A stretch of DNA of 64,000 bases, taken from an uncultured Chloroflexia bacterium (GTDB lineage: Bacteria; Chloroflexota; Limnocylindria; Limnocylindrales; CSP1-4). The notes under the pieces were generated by a model. The model did no database searches. It saw only the letters and a list, made by a program, of their open reading frames with translations, and was not told the DNA's origin. Shown here piece after piece: positions 32,625 to 43,646 of the stretch (position 1 is its first letter; each line of letters starts with the position of its first letter). Location: NCBI GenBank assembly GCA_963779905.1, contig CAWAAF010000010.1, positions 457,957 to 521,956 on the forward strand. The letters are read 5' to 3'. A program made the translations under genes and the position numbers.

Positions 32625-33956
32625 TCAAGGCGTCACCGCCGATTCGGGCAGCGGGCGTGACGATGCCAGTGGCGGGGGTGCGCTCGCGGGGCGATAGGCG
32701 ACGGGAACATAAGCCGGGGCGGTGCCCTCGGACGGTGTGACTCTGGCGACGGCGGTGGTCCCGGGCAGGACACCGGCGGGCATGGGCGGCTCGGACAGCC
32801 GGCCAGCGAAGTAGCGCACGAGGTCGACGGCGATGGCGACCATGGGCGCCGCGAGCAGCAGCCAGATCAGACCAAACTGGCCGATCAACACCACGCCCGG
32901 CACCATGATCGCGGGATGGACGGTCAGGCGTCGCTCCATGATCCGGCTACCGATCAGATTGCCGCCGACGAGGCGAGCGACCACGAAGATCACCAGGTAG
33001 GTGACGGCTCGATCCGCACCGAATGGCAGCAAGAGCAAGGCCGGCACCAGCCCGAGAATCGGCCCGATGATCGGGATGACCTGCGCCGCTCCGATCAGCG
33101 TGGCGACCGCCAGCGGTTCGTTGACAGTTGGGCCGCCCAGGTGCGGGGAGATCAGGCAGGCGACGTAGGCGACGATGCCCACCAGCACGCCCGAGGCGAC
33201 GTACCCGCGCAGGTACGAACCCGCGGCGCGGTCGACGATGGCGACGACGGCCCGCGCGTCGTCGCGCAGGCCCGGGCGCGACACGCTGGTACAGCGCCGC
33301 GCGCTGCTGGCGATGGGCACCCAACACGGTCAACAGCCACGCCGGCAGAACGATCAGGCCGAGCAACGTGGCGAGCGCGCCGAGTAGCGTCTGGATGGCC
33401 AGGCCGGCGAGGCGCTGCAGGCTGCCCGACGCATCGGCCAGGGCGGCCTTGATCGCCGATGCGAGCGCCTCCAGGGCTGGCACGACGATGACCTGGCTAC
33501 CGTCCGGCACCGTCGCCTGGCCGGCCTGCCAGCGGTCGATGGCATCCTTGATCTGTTGGGCGGTGGGCAGCTCGCCGGCGAAGCGGACGAACGCGCCGGC
33601 CAGCGGCGGCAGCACGACCGCGAGCACCGCCACAACGAGCGCCACGGCCGCCAGGACGGTAATGACCGCGGCCAGCCAGCGCGGCAGGATTCGGTCCAGC
33701 GCGTCGACCAGCGGAATCAGCAGGTAGGCGAAAAGTCCGCCGAAAATGAACGGTACGACCGCCGGCCAGGTCGCCGTGCCCAGCCACAGCGCGCCGCCCA
33801 CGACGACACTCAGGAGTACGACACGCCCAATCGCCTGCGGCGTGACGGTGCGTAGCCGCGCCCGCAGCGCTGCCCATTGGGCCGCGGCGTACTGCTGACG
33901 GGTGGCGAGGTCCTCGTTCAAGAGCTTGCGCGGAGTATGAGGCGTGAGGGCCATGA
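32625..33956 (-). CDS. AI-2E family (PerM/YdiK-like, UPF0118) transporter (apparent frameshift near 33300)
   Basis: ORFs 32947..34206 and 32625..33320 join by a frameshift. Both parts carry AI-2E transporter family features (…IPIIGPILGLVPALLLLPFG…). Confidence 0.75.
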
Positions 33957-34135
33957 CGCGATGGCGCCAGCCGTCATCGGGAAAGCGTGCATGCACGTCA
34001 CGTCGTGCGCGTTGCGTTGGCTTGGTAATGGCACCCTGCGAGGACACCGGCCGGCGCCATTGCTCGGTCGTGGCGGCGGCTCGGATGCTGCGGGGCCGGG
34101 GCGGCAGAGTTCTGTGGAGGGATTGTCGAAGGGCT

Positions 34136-35113
34136 ATGGGACGACGGTGGCACAACCTGGTCACTGGGCTGCTGGCGACGGTTGCCTGCCTGTTGGTCGT
34201 CGCCACCTTGCTGGCCAGTTGGACCTACGCGACCGTTCTCAATACCGACCGCTTCGTCGGCACCGTTTCCACCGTGACCGCCGACCCGGCGGTCATCACG
34301 TCGGCCAGCAACAAGCTGGCGGCACAGGTCGTGCAGGGCTTCCAGATCCAATCCCGGCTCGAGGCGCTGCTGCCCGACCGGCTCGATCCACTGGCGGCCA
34401 AATTCACCCAGGCTGTCCAGGACCGCATCGCCGCCGCCGCCCAGCGCGGGCTGTCGAACGAGCGCTTCCAGCAGTTCTGGGTGTCGGCCCTGCGCACGAT
34501 GCATACGCGCCTGCTGGCATTGCTGCGCGGCGATGCACCCAACGCGGACCTCTCCAATGGCGTGTTGACTATCGATCTGCTGGGCGCAATCAGCGAGGTG
34601 TTGCAGGAGCTCCAGCAGAACGGCGTTATCGATCAGTCCATTCAATTGCCGCAATGGTCCGGCGAGGACAGCAAGCAGATCACCATCGACATCCTCAACA
34701 GCCAGCTGTCGCTGACCCTGCCACCTGACTTCGGCGAAGTCGAGGTAACCAACGTGGCCTTTCTCGAGCAGGCGTCGGCCATCGTCAAGGCCGCCGACGT
34801 CGGCGTCTTCATCCTGGCTCTGCTGTCGCTCATCATCCTCGTCGCCGCGGTCTGGCTGGCCGACCGGCGCAAGCGAGCAGTGCTGCTCATGACCGCCTTC
34901 ACCCTCGTCCTCTTGACGATCGTGTGGCTAATCACCGGCTATGTCGGCGGACCGCTCGCCGCCGACATCGCCGAGAGTCAAAACCTGGCTCTGATAAAGG
35001 CCATGGCCACCGAGTTGGCCGGCTCACTGATGGGCTTGCTGGGCGCCGCCGCACTGTTGGTGGCTGTAATCGGTATCGCAGCGGCGTACTTTGTGCGCAA
35101 TCGCTCCGCCTAA
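34136..35113 (+). CDS. hypothetical membrane protein
   Basis: ORF 33944..35113 with internal Met 34136. It has an N-terminal TM helix, a soluble region and C-terminal TM helices. Confidence 0.5.
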   Translation: MGRRWHNLVTGLLATVACLLVVATLLASWTYATVLNTDRFVGTVSTVTADPAVITSASNKLAAQVVQGFQIQSRLEALLPDRLDPLAAKFTQAVQDRIAAAAQRGLSNERFQQFWVSALRTMHTRLLALLRGDAPNADLSNGVLTIDLLGAISEVLQELQQNGVIDQSIQLPQWSGEDSKQITIDILNSQLSLTLPPDFGEVEVTNVAFLEQASAIVKAADVGVFILALLSLIILVAAVWLADRRKRAVLLMTAFTLVLLTIVWLITGYVGGPLAADIAESQNLALIKAMATELAGSLMGLLGAAALLVAVIGIAAAYFVRNRSA

Positions 35114-35140
35114 CCTCAAGCAGCTGAGGGAGCCCATCCG

Positions 35141-37322
35141 TTGATCAACCGCCTTATCTCCTTCTATCGGCTGCAATTCGAGCTGCTCTGGAAGTGGCGG
35201 CCGGGCCGGCGCGCGCTTTTGAAGCGCGGCATTGTGTCGCTGGTGGTGGGCACGGTGGCCATGCTGCTCACGGCGGTGATCTTGCCCGGCGTCAAGATCG
35301 ACAACCTCGCGACGCTCGTCTTTGCCGTGGTCCTGCTGGCGCTCGTCAACGCCCTCGTGCGGCCGGTGATCCTGGGCGCTTTCGCCAGCGTTTCGGCGGT
35401 GGCCGTCATTTTGGGTACGTTGATCTTCCAGGTGCTGGCCTTCTTCCTGATCGACTGGCTGCTGCCGGGCTTCCATCTGACCGGCGTGATTCCGGCCTTC
35501 TTCGGTCCGATCGTGTTCGCGCTGTTCAACACGATCCTGTCGGCCATCCTGAACACCGACGCCGAACCGTCGCTACTACGCCCAGCTGGTGGCGCGTCTC
35601 GCGCGCAACCGGCCCGACCGCATCGATAGCGATAAACCGGGCGTGGTCATCGTCCAGATCGACGGCCTGGCCCAGCCCATCCTGGCCCACCAGATCCGCG
35701 CCGGTCGCGTGCCCTTCCTGGCCAAGTGGATCCGCTCGGGCCAGATGAAGCTCGACAAATGGACGGCCCTCCTGCCCTCCCAGACGTCGGCCAGCCAGGC
35801 CGGCATCCTGCATGGCAACAACAGCTTCATTCCCGCCTTCCGCTGGTGGGAAAAGGACAGCCAGCGGATGCTGGTCTCGAACCATCCGGCCGACGCCGCC
35901 GAGATCGTTACGCGGGCCTCGAACGGCGAGGGGCTGCTGTCCAACGATGGCGCCAGCGTGGGCAACCTGGTCACCGGCGATGCCGTTCGCGCCTACCTGA
36001 CCATGGCGTCGATGACCAACCCGCAGCAGGGCCTGGGCCAGAGCCGCGCCTGGTATTCGTTCTTCGTCAGCCCGGACAACTACCTGCGCGTGCTGGTGCT
36101 CTCGATAGGCGAAGTGATCAAGGAATACTTCCAGGCATCGCGCGCCAATCGGCGCGGCATCGAGCCGTCGATGCACCGTGGCTGGCCCTATCCGGTAGTG
36201 CGCGCCGCCACCAATGTCGGGCTGCGCTCACTGTCGACGGCGCTGGTAATGGAAGAGATGTACCGCGGCACGCCGGTCATCTACGTCGACTACACCGATT
36301 ACGACGAGATCGCCCACCACTCCGGCCCGGAGCGCTCCGAGACGCTCGACGCGCTCGACGGCGTGGACACGCAGGTGAAGGCACTGGTCAAGGCGGCCGA
36401 GGATGCGCCGCGGCCGTACAAGTTCGTGCTACTGGGTGACCACGGCCAGAGCCTCGGCGCGACGTTCCGCCAGCGCTACGGCTACACCCTGCAGGAGCAC
36501 GTCGCCAAGCTGATGGGCGGCGCCACGGACGTCGAGGCGGCAACCGGTCGCGTCGAAGAGTGGGGACCGATCAACGCCGCCGTCACCGAAGCTTCACGAG
36601 CGGGGGGCGCAACGGGCGCGATGGCCCGTGCCGCCGCCGGTGGCAATACCAAGGACGGTGCCGTCGACTTCGCGCCCGAGGAGGAACAGGTAGCCGAAAC
36701 CGGCGACAAGACCGACAAGCAGCCGCCCGAGCTGGTTGTCTGCGCCAGCGGCAACCTCGGCCTGATCTACTTCCCGCGCCTACCCGGGCGAGTCTCGCTC
36801 GAGCAGATCGACAAGACCTGGCCCGGCCTGGTCGAGGGCATGATCAACCACCCCGGCGTGGGCGTGATCATGGGCCATTCACTCGCGCGGGGCTCGGTGG
36901 CGCTGGGCAGGGACGGCGCGCACTACCTGGAGAGCGATGAAGTCGAGGGTGTCGACCCGCTGGCCCAGTACGGCGAGCACGCGCTGACCGGCATGCGCCG
37001 TGTCGACGGTATGGCCAACTGCCCGGACCTCGTCGCGGTCAGCCTGCTCGATCCGGCGACCGACGAGGTGGCCGCCTTCGAGGAGCTGATCGGTTCGCAC
37101 GGTGGCCTGGGCGGCGCGCAGACGAGCCCGTTCATCCTGCACCCGGCGGAGTGGACCATCGACGAGCCGATCATCGGCGCCGAAGCCGTTTACCGGCAGA
37201 TCCGCAAGTGGCTGTCGGGCGTTGGCATCGAGCTTGGCAAGAACGGCGGTCAGCCGGCCCCGTCAGTCAAGGTCGAGGCTGCCGCCGGGCTCGATCACGC
37301 AAACGCGGGTAGTCGGAGCTAG
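35141..37322 (+). CDS. phage-holin-family-4-like 4TM domain fused to alkaline-phosphatase-like (nucleotide pyrophosphatase/phosphodiesterase) domain (apparent frameshift near 35580)
   Basis: The N-terminal ORF 35141..35629 is hydrophobic. ORF 35589..37322 continues without a break (…GILHGNNSFIPAFRWW…, DHGQS…). This fusion is recurrent in actinobacteria. Confidence 0.7.
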
Positions 37323-38006
37323 TTCGGCCACCGCCGTCGCAAACTGGCGCGCCGGTTGGTCGGGCATCAGCCGGCGCATGCCCATCGGGTAGAGCGAGCC
37401 CCAGTGAATGGGCACGGCCACGCGTGCCCGCAGCAGGGCCGCGGCTTCGGCGGCGCGGCGCGGGTTCATGTGGCCGGGTCCCAGTCGCGGTCCCCAACCC
37501 CAGATCGGCAGTAGTGCGACATCGGGCGTGGCGATGGCCGCCATGCCCTCGTAGATGTCCGTGTCGCCGGCGAAGTAGACGCGCTGGTCGCCCTCGATGA
37601 CGTAGCCCAGCGCCTGCGCTGTTGGCCCAAGCGGCGGCCGCTGCCCACTGTGCTCGGCCTTGACCACGTTGATGGCCACCTGGTCGATGTTCAGCACGTC
37701 GCCTACGCCCACCTCTTCAACATCCGTGAAGCCGAGCCGCTTGACGATCTGGCCCAGGCCGCGCGGCAGGATGACTCGCGTCGAGCGCTCGAGCAGGCGC
37801 AGGGATGATTCGTGCAAGTGGTCGTAGTGCGCGTGGCTGATCACGACTGCATCGAGGCCGTCCTCGAGCGAGCGCAGGTCGATGGGTGCGCTGCGCAGGA
37901 CCCCGGCCACCCGTTGACGAAGGATCGGGTCGGTCAGGATCTTGAGCCGGCCGGTCTCGATCAGGACGGTGGCGTGGCCGAGATAGGTCAGCCGGGTGTT
38001 GCCCAT
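37263..38006 (-). CDS. MBL-fold metallo-hydrolase
   Basis: HxHxDH motif (VISHAHYDHL) and downstream His/Asp ligands are present. The start is MGNTRLTYLGHATVLIE. Confidence 0.8.
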   Translation of the reverse strand: MGNTRLTYLGHATVLIETGRLKILTDPILRQRVAGVLRSAPIDLRSLEDGLDAVVISHAHYDHLHESSLRLLERSTRVILPRGLGQIVKRLGFTDVEEVGVGDVLNIDQVAINVVKAEHSGQRPPLGPTAQALGYVIEGDQRVYFAGDTDIYEGMAAIATPDVALLPIWGWGPRLGPGHMNPRRAAEAAALLRARVAVPIHWGSLYPMGMRRLMPDQPARQFATAVAELAPTTRVCVIEPGGSLDLD

Positions 38007-38204
38007 CCACTCACTGTTGCGCGCCGGGCGCCGTCCAGTCGACCGCGCGCGCACCACCACGCCCACGCCCGAGCGTGAACGGAGGTCCCCCGTACCAAGT
38101 GGCTAGGCCCGCAAGGAGGGGCAGGTACGGAAGGACTGCTACCACCTAACCGCACCAGACCTTACCGTCCCGCCCAAGTAGTGCCCCGCACCACACCAAA
38201 CGCT

Positions 38205-38290
38205 ACTGAAACAAGGCAAACCCGCCGCGAGACGGGGACGCAAAGCCAGGGATCTCCGGCCCCTAGACGGAGACCGCCCGGTTGCCAGAT
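38205..38290 (+). ncRNA. candidate c-di-GMP-I (GEMM) riboswitch
   Basis: The hallmark motifs GGCAAACC (38214-38221) and GACGCAAAGCC (38236-38246) are 14 nt apart, matching the spacing in the Vibrio cholerae Vc2 aptamer. The intervening CCCGCC-GCGA-GACGGG can form P2 with a GNRA loop. Downstream TCTCCG/CGGAGA forms a P3-like stem, and GGUUGCC closes the aptamer. It lies 35 nt upstream of the S8 peptidase-GGDEF/EAL operon. Confidence 0.55.
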
Positions 38291-38324
38291 AAGCGGACCG
38301 ACCAGGGACAGGGAGGAAACCCAG

Positions 38325-40112
38325 GTGTCGCTCGCCGCTCCAGCCAACTCATCGTCGCGCCGGCTGCCCATCGCCGCCGTTGTCGCCCTCTCGCTCGCCC
38401 TCGCGCTGCTGCTTACGCTCGTCGCCGTTGGCGCGCCCAGCGCAGGCGCCGGACTGACCCACGCCGGCAGCGCCCGCATCCAGTTCCTGACCGACCCCTA
38501 CGACGGCCTGTCCGGCTCGCTCTATAACGTCAACCAACAGATCAACGCCGACAGCTATTGGTCCAACGGCTACACCGGCGCCGGCGTCGACGTCGCGCTG
38601 ATCGACAGCGGTACCGCGCCCGTCGCCGCGCTCGCCGGATCTGACAAGGTCATTTACGGGCCCGATGTGTCGTACGAGAGCGGCCAGGACAGCCTGCGTA
38701 ACCTCGACACGTTCGGTCATGGCACACATATGGCCGGCATCATCGCCGGACGCAGCGACGGCTTCCAGGGCGTCGCCTACGGCGCCCGCATCGTCAGCAT
38801 GAAGGCGGCCGACGCACACGGCCAAACCAACCTCGCCCAACTCGTGGCCGAGATCAAATGGGTAACTCAGCACGCACACGACAACGGCATGAACATCCGC
38901 GTGCTCAATCTCTCGTTCGGCGCGCTCCCTACGAGCGGCTACCGCAAGGACGATCTCGCTTATGCAGTTGAACGCGCATGGAGCGCCGGCATCGTCACAG
39001 TCGTTGCCGCCGGCAATGAGGGGGCGCCCTCCAACGGCCTCGACACACCTGCCTTCGACCCCTACGTCATCGCTGTCGGTGCCGACAATCCTCAGGGCAC
39101 GATCGACGTAAGCGATGACAACGTCGCCTCGTTCAGCAGCCGCGGCAACGGCTGGCGCGACCCGGACGTCATCGCCCCCGGCAAGAGTGTCGTCAGCCTG
39201 CGCGTGCCCGGCTCATACCTCGATGATCAGTATCCGGACGCCCGCGTGGGCACCGACTACTTCCGCGGCAGCGGCACCTCGCAGGCCGCAGCCGTCGTCT
39301 CAGGCGCGGCCGCTTTGATCATCAGCCAGCGACCGAACATCACGCCCGACCAGCTCAAGGGCCTGCTGAAGGCGACGGCCCAGCCGATCCCGAACGCCTC
39401 CTACTCCGCCCAGGGCGCCGGCCTGATCAACCTCGGTGCCGCCTTCGATGCGAACACGCCCAGCTCCCCTCAGTACTGGCAGCATTCCAACGGCAGCCCG
39501 CAGGGTGTGTGGGGCAGCGTCGCCGACGCCACCGGCAACTCGTGGTCGACGGCCAGCGCCGGCAACTCGTGGTCCGGCAACAGCTGGACCAGCAGCGGCT
39601 GGACCGGCCCGGGCTGGGATGACGACACCACCTCAACGCAGGGCAACTCGTGGTCGACCAAGATGTGGCTGGGCGTCTCGTGGACCAAGCCAAAGGGCGA
39701 CAAGGTGCCGCCGGTCCAGGCCGAGCCACAAGACCGCGGCGTTTGCACTCAGTGGTTCCTCGAAAAGAAGCGCGACTCCAACGGCGTGTCGTGGGGCAAG
39801 AAGACCAAGAAGGTCCACACGTCCGCCGGCGGTTCACGCGACCGCGACGAGTTCGGCGTGTCGTGGGGCAAGCGTGACAAGGGGATACACGGCAACCGCA
39901 GCCAGTCGCTTGACTTCTGCGACTGGAAGCACGAGCAGTGGGAGTCAAAGAAGGTCGTCCGCACGGACACCTCCGGTGGCCAGTCAGTCGACACTTCGAA
40001 CAACTTCCGTGAGCTGGGCGTGTCGTGGGGCAGGCGCAAGGGGGGACCCAGCTCGCCCACCTCGGCCACCGATGAGCCGGGCGCATATCGCAGCGGATGG
40101 AGCGTGGAATGA
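38325..40112 (+). CDS. secreted S8-family subtilisin-like serine peptidase with C-terminal Trp-motif repeat tail
   Basis: GGGAGG sits 8 nt upstream of GTG 38325. A signal/TM segment is followed by the catalytic triad contexts DSG, HGTHMAG and GTSQAAAVVSG. The C-terminal ~190 aa carry repeated NSWS / GVSWG(K/R) motifs. Confidence 0.85.
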   Translation: MSLAAPANSSSRRLPIAAVVALSLALALLLTLVAVGAPSAGAGLTHAGSARIQFLTDPYDGLSGSLYNVNQQINADSYWSNGYTGAGVDVALIDSGTAPVAALAGSDKVIYGPDVSYESGQDSLRNLDTFGHGTHMAGIIAGRSDGFQGVAYGARIVSMKAADAHGQTNLAQLVAEIKWVTQHAHDNGMNIRVLNLSFGALPTSGYRKDDLAYAVERAWSAGIVTVVAAGNEGAPSNGLDTPAFDPYVIAVGADNPQGTIDVSDDNVASFSSRGNGWRDPDVIAPGKSVVSLRVPGSYLDDQYPDARVGTDYFRGSGTSQAAAVVSGAAALIISQRPNITPDQLKGLLKATAQPIPNASYSAQGAGLINLGAAFDANTPSSPQYWQHSNGSPQGVWGSVADATGNSWSTASAGNSWSGNSWTSSGWTGPGWDDDTTSTQGNSWSTKMWLGVSWTKPKGDKVPPVQAEPQDRGVCTQWFLEKKRDSNGVSWGKKTKKVHTSAGGSRDRDEFGVSWGKRDKGIHGNRSQSLDFCDWKHEQWESKKVVRTDTSGGQSVDTSNNFRELGVSWGRRKGGPSSPTSATDEPGAYRSGWSVE

Positions 40113-42791
40113 GCGCGCGCACCCTCGCCGCGCCCATCGTTGAGCGCTTCGCGGGCCGTTCACTGACCGGCTCACAGCGGGTCTGGCTGCTCAACCTGGC
40201 GCTGAGTGCCTCAGCGCTCAGCCTGTTCGCCCTGCTGGTCGTGCCTTTGCCGGCGCGCAGCGTGGGCCCATCGATGCCCTGGCTCGCCCTGGCCGCGCTG
40301 TTCTACGCCGCCGAGATCCTCGTCGTGCACTTCCAGTTCCGGCGGGAGATTCACACCTTCTCGCTGTCAGAGATCCCGTTCGTGCTCGGCCTGCTGTTCG
40401 CCACGCCCGTCGAGTTCGTGCTGGCCAACGTTGCCGGCGCCGCCCTGGCGCTGGTCATCCACCGCCGCCAACCGCCCATCAAGCTGATCTTCAACGTATC
40501 CCAGTTCGCGCTCGGCGCAGTGCTGGGCGTGGTCGTCTTCAACGTCTTGCGCAGCGGCGCCACGGCGCCTTCGCCGACGCTGTGGGTGTCCGCCCTGATG
40601 GCGACGCTGGTGGCCAACCTCGTCGGCATCCTGACCATTGCCATCGCCATCGCCCTGTCGGAGCGGCGCATCGAGGTGCGCAAGCTGACCCAGGTGCTCA
40701 AGTTCGGCTTGGCCGTCGGCACCACCAACACCATCGTCGTGCTTACCGCGGTCACCTTCCTGTGGGCAGACCCGGAGATGCTGTGGATCCTGGCCCTGCC
40801 GGCCGTGCTGCTGTATCTCGCCTATCGCGCATACATGTCAGAACGCGAGAAGCACGAGAGCCTCGAGTTCCTGTACGAGTCGACGACCATCCTGCAACGG
40901 ACGCCGGAGCTCGACACGGCCATCGTGCAGCTGCTGGGCCATGCCCGGAAGATGTTCCGGGCGGAGGTCGCCGAACTGACGCTGATGCCGCACGGCGAAG
41001 CGCGTGACGCGCTGCGCACGAGGCTGGGGCCGGCCGACGAGTCGCGCGTGATGGAAGCCGTCCGCGCTGCCGAACTGGCCGACATCTGGCAGCGCCTGCA
41101 GGAGAGCGATAACGGATTCCTCATCCGCCGATCCGATACCGATGCTGCCGCCACGCTTACGACCAACGCCGGCTACGAAGTCCGGGACGGTTTGGTCGCG
41201 CCTCTCCGCGGTGACCGCGGCGTGCTCGGCCTGATGGTTGTCGCCAATCGCCTGGGCGATGTCAGCACATTCGACGACGACGACGTGCGCCTGCTCGAGA
41301 CGCTGGCACGCCACGCCGGCGTCGCCCTCGAGAACGGCCGGCTGGGGGAATCCCTCAAACAGCTGACCGAGCTCAAGGAGCAACTGCGCTACCAGGCCTA
41401 CCACGATTCACTGACCGGCCTGGCCAACCGCGCCCTCTTCCTGGAGCGCGTCGGTGAGGCGTGTGACGCGTCGAAGCGCCGGCAGGGGCCGATCGTTCTG
41501 TTCGTCGACCTCGACGACTTCAAGACGGTCAACGATTCACTCGGCCATGCCGCCGGCGACGCCCTGCTGTCGGCGGTCGCCGACCGGCTGCGCGGCTGCC
41601 TGCGCCCGACCGACCTGGCGGCCCGCCTGGGCGGCGACGAATTCGCCATCCTGCTCGAGGGCGGCGAGGTCGAACACGCCCTCGCCATCGGCGAGCGGAT
41701 CATCGGCGCGCTGCGCGCACCGTTCTGGGTCGACGGCAACGAAGTCGATGTGCGGGCCAGCGTCGGCATCGCCACCCGCACTTCGCAGGACGACACGCCC
41801 GACAACCTGCTGCGCAACGCCGACGTCGCGATGTACACGGCCAAGGCGCGCGGCAAGGCGCGCGTGGCGCTGTTCCAACCCGAGATGCATGCCGCGGTGG
41901 TGGCTCGCCACGCCCTGACTGGGCGGCTGCAGAAGGCGCTGGCCGAGCAGCAGTTCGTCATCCACTACCAGCCCATCGTCGACCTGCACACGGGTGCGAT
42001 CAACGGCGCCGAGGCCCTCGTGCGCTGGCGCCAGCCCGACCGCTCACTGATGCCGCCAATGGAGTTCATCCCGCTGGCCGAGGAAACGGGCCTGATCCTG
42101 CCCATCGGTCGCTGGGTGCTCGAGACGGCCTGCCGGCAGGCCGCGGCGTGGTCGCGACTCGTCCCCGGTCGCCACTTCAAGATGGGCGTCAACCTGTCGG
42201 CACGCCAGGTCCAGCAGGCAGGTTTCGTCGACGAGATCGCCGAAATCCTGGAGCAGTCCCACCTTGACCCAACCGCCCTTGTGCTCGAGATCACCGAGAC
42301 GGTGATGATGCAGGACACGGCGGCCACCAGCGCCAAGCTGGCTGCGCTCAAGCATCTCGGCATCAAGCTCGCCATCGACGACTTCGGCACCGGCTACTCG
42401 TCGCTCTCGTACCTGCGCCGCTTCCCCGTCGACGAGCTCAAGATGGCCAAGCCCTTCGTCGAGGTCGCCGGCCCGCGCCGGCGCGACTCGGCCTTCGCTT
42501 CGGCCATCATCGCGCTTGGGCCACTCCCTCAGCCTGTCGATCGTCGCCGAGGGCATCGAGCGCGCCGAGCAGCTGCGCGTGCTGCGCAAGCTCGGTTGCG
42601 ATCAGGGCCAGGGTTACTTCTTCGGCCAGCCGATGGAGGCCGGCCGACTATCTGCCCTGCTGCTGGCCGGCCAGCGCATCGTCGACAACCAGGAACCGGT
42701 TGCACTGCCCGTGACCGGGCAGACCCAGGCCGTCACGCGACGGCGCACGGCCGGCCCTGCTCACCGCGAAACCGCAATCCGCATCTCCTAG
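40109..42791 (+). CDS. membrane-anchored GAF-GGDEF-EAL c-di-GMP turnover protein (apparent frameshift near 42500)
   Basis: Its ATG overlaps the peptidase TGA. Five or more TM helices are followed by a GAF domain, a GGDEF domain (…RLGGDEFAILL…) and an EAL domain (…QPIVDLHTGAINGAEALVRW…, …LAIDDFGTGYSSLSYL…). The C-terminus is in ORF 42516..42791. Confidence 0.85.
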
Positions 42792-42796
42792 GCACG

Positions 42797-42822
42797 GGGG
42801 CCGGGAGGCTGGGCCCGGCCCC
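42797..42822 (+). terminator. GC-rich hairpin after the GGDEF-EAL gene (no U-tract)
   Basis: GGGGCCGGG-aggctgg-CCCGGCCCC lies immediately after the stop. Confidence 0.3.
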
Positions 42823-42877
42823 GTCGTGCCACTCGGCATAACATTCGTGTGTGACTGCCGACCCTGGGACAACTGGT

Positions 42878-43183
42878 ATGGCCGACGCCGTAGTCGTCGC
42901 CGACAACCCGGAAGCGAGCCGCTACGAGGCGCATCTCGACGGCCAGATCGCCGGCTTCTCCGAGTACCTGAGTAAGCCGGGCCGGCTCGTCTTCACTCAC
43001 ACCATCGTCGAGCCGGAGTTCGAAGGCCGCGGCATCGGTTCCAAGCTCGTGCGTGAGGAGCTCGACGATGTGCGCCGGCGCGGCCTGAAGGTGACCGCCA
43101 TCTGCCCGTTCGTGCGCGCCTACATCCGCCGCCACGCCGAATACCAGGACCTGGTGGCCGTTCACGATGACCGAAGCAGCTGA
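42878..43183 (+). CDS. small GNAT-family N-acetyltransferase (YjdJ-like)
   Basis: MADAVVVADNPEASRYEAHLDGQIAGFSEY…FEGRGIGSKLV…; about 100 aa. Confidence 0.7.
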   Translation: MADAVVVADNPEASRYEAHLDGQIAGFSEYLSKPGRLVFTHTIVEPEFEGRGIGSKLVREELDDVRRRGLKVTAICPFVRAYIRRHAEYQDLVAVHDDRSS

Positions 43184-43634
43184 ACCGGCGACGGCCAGAC
43201 CGGCCGGGCCCGAATCGACGCTGGTCTGCGCCAGCTGCGGCCGGAAGAACAAGATCCGACCGTCGGCCACCGGCGCGCCGCACTGCGGCAACTGTGGCAA
43301 GCCCCTGCCCTGGCTGGTCGAGGCCGACGACAGGACCTTCGACGTCGAGGCAAATGCTGCGCCGGCGGTAGTGGTCGACCTGTGGGCGCCGTGGTGCGGC
43401 CCGTGCCGCTTCGTCTCGCCCATCCTCGAGGAACTGACTCGCGAATACGCCGGCCGGCTGAAGGTGATCAAGGTCAACGTCGACGACAACCCGGTCACCC
43501 AGCAGCGCTATCAGGCGTTCAGCATTCCCACTCTCGTCGTGCTCAAGGGCGGCCGGCAGGTCGATCGGATCGTCGGCGCGATGCCCAAGAGCCAGCTGGC
43601 TATTCGGCTTACGCCCTACTTGCTCCGCACCTGA
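43167..43634 (+). CDS. trxC: thioredoxin with N-terminal zinc-finger extension (Trx2-type)
   Basis: CxxC…CxxC N-terminal Zn finger, then a WCGPC active site. Confidence 0.85.
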   Translation: MTEAAEPATARPAGPESTLVCASCGRKNKIRPSATGAPHCGNCGKPLPWLVEADDRTFDVEANAAPAVVVDLWAPWCGPCRFVSPILEELTREYAGRLKVIKVNVDDNPVTQQRYQAFSIPTLVVLKGGRQVDRIVGAMPKSQLAIRLTPYLLRT

Positions 43635-43646
43635 GGCGCTGCCGGC

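Noticed and set aside
35141-35629. Holin gene as evidence of a prophage
   Set aside because: There are no phage structural, integrase or lysis genes nearby. The holin-like domain is fused to an alkaline-phosphatase-like domain, which is a conserved chromosomal architecture.
38067-38204. A/C-rich lower-GC stretch upstream of the riboswitch as a tRNA or sRNA
   Set aside because: It has no tRNA-like T-arm (GTTCGAATC-type) or acceptor pairing. It is more likely a promoter or 5' region for the riboswitch transcript.
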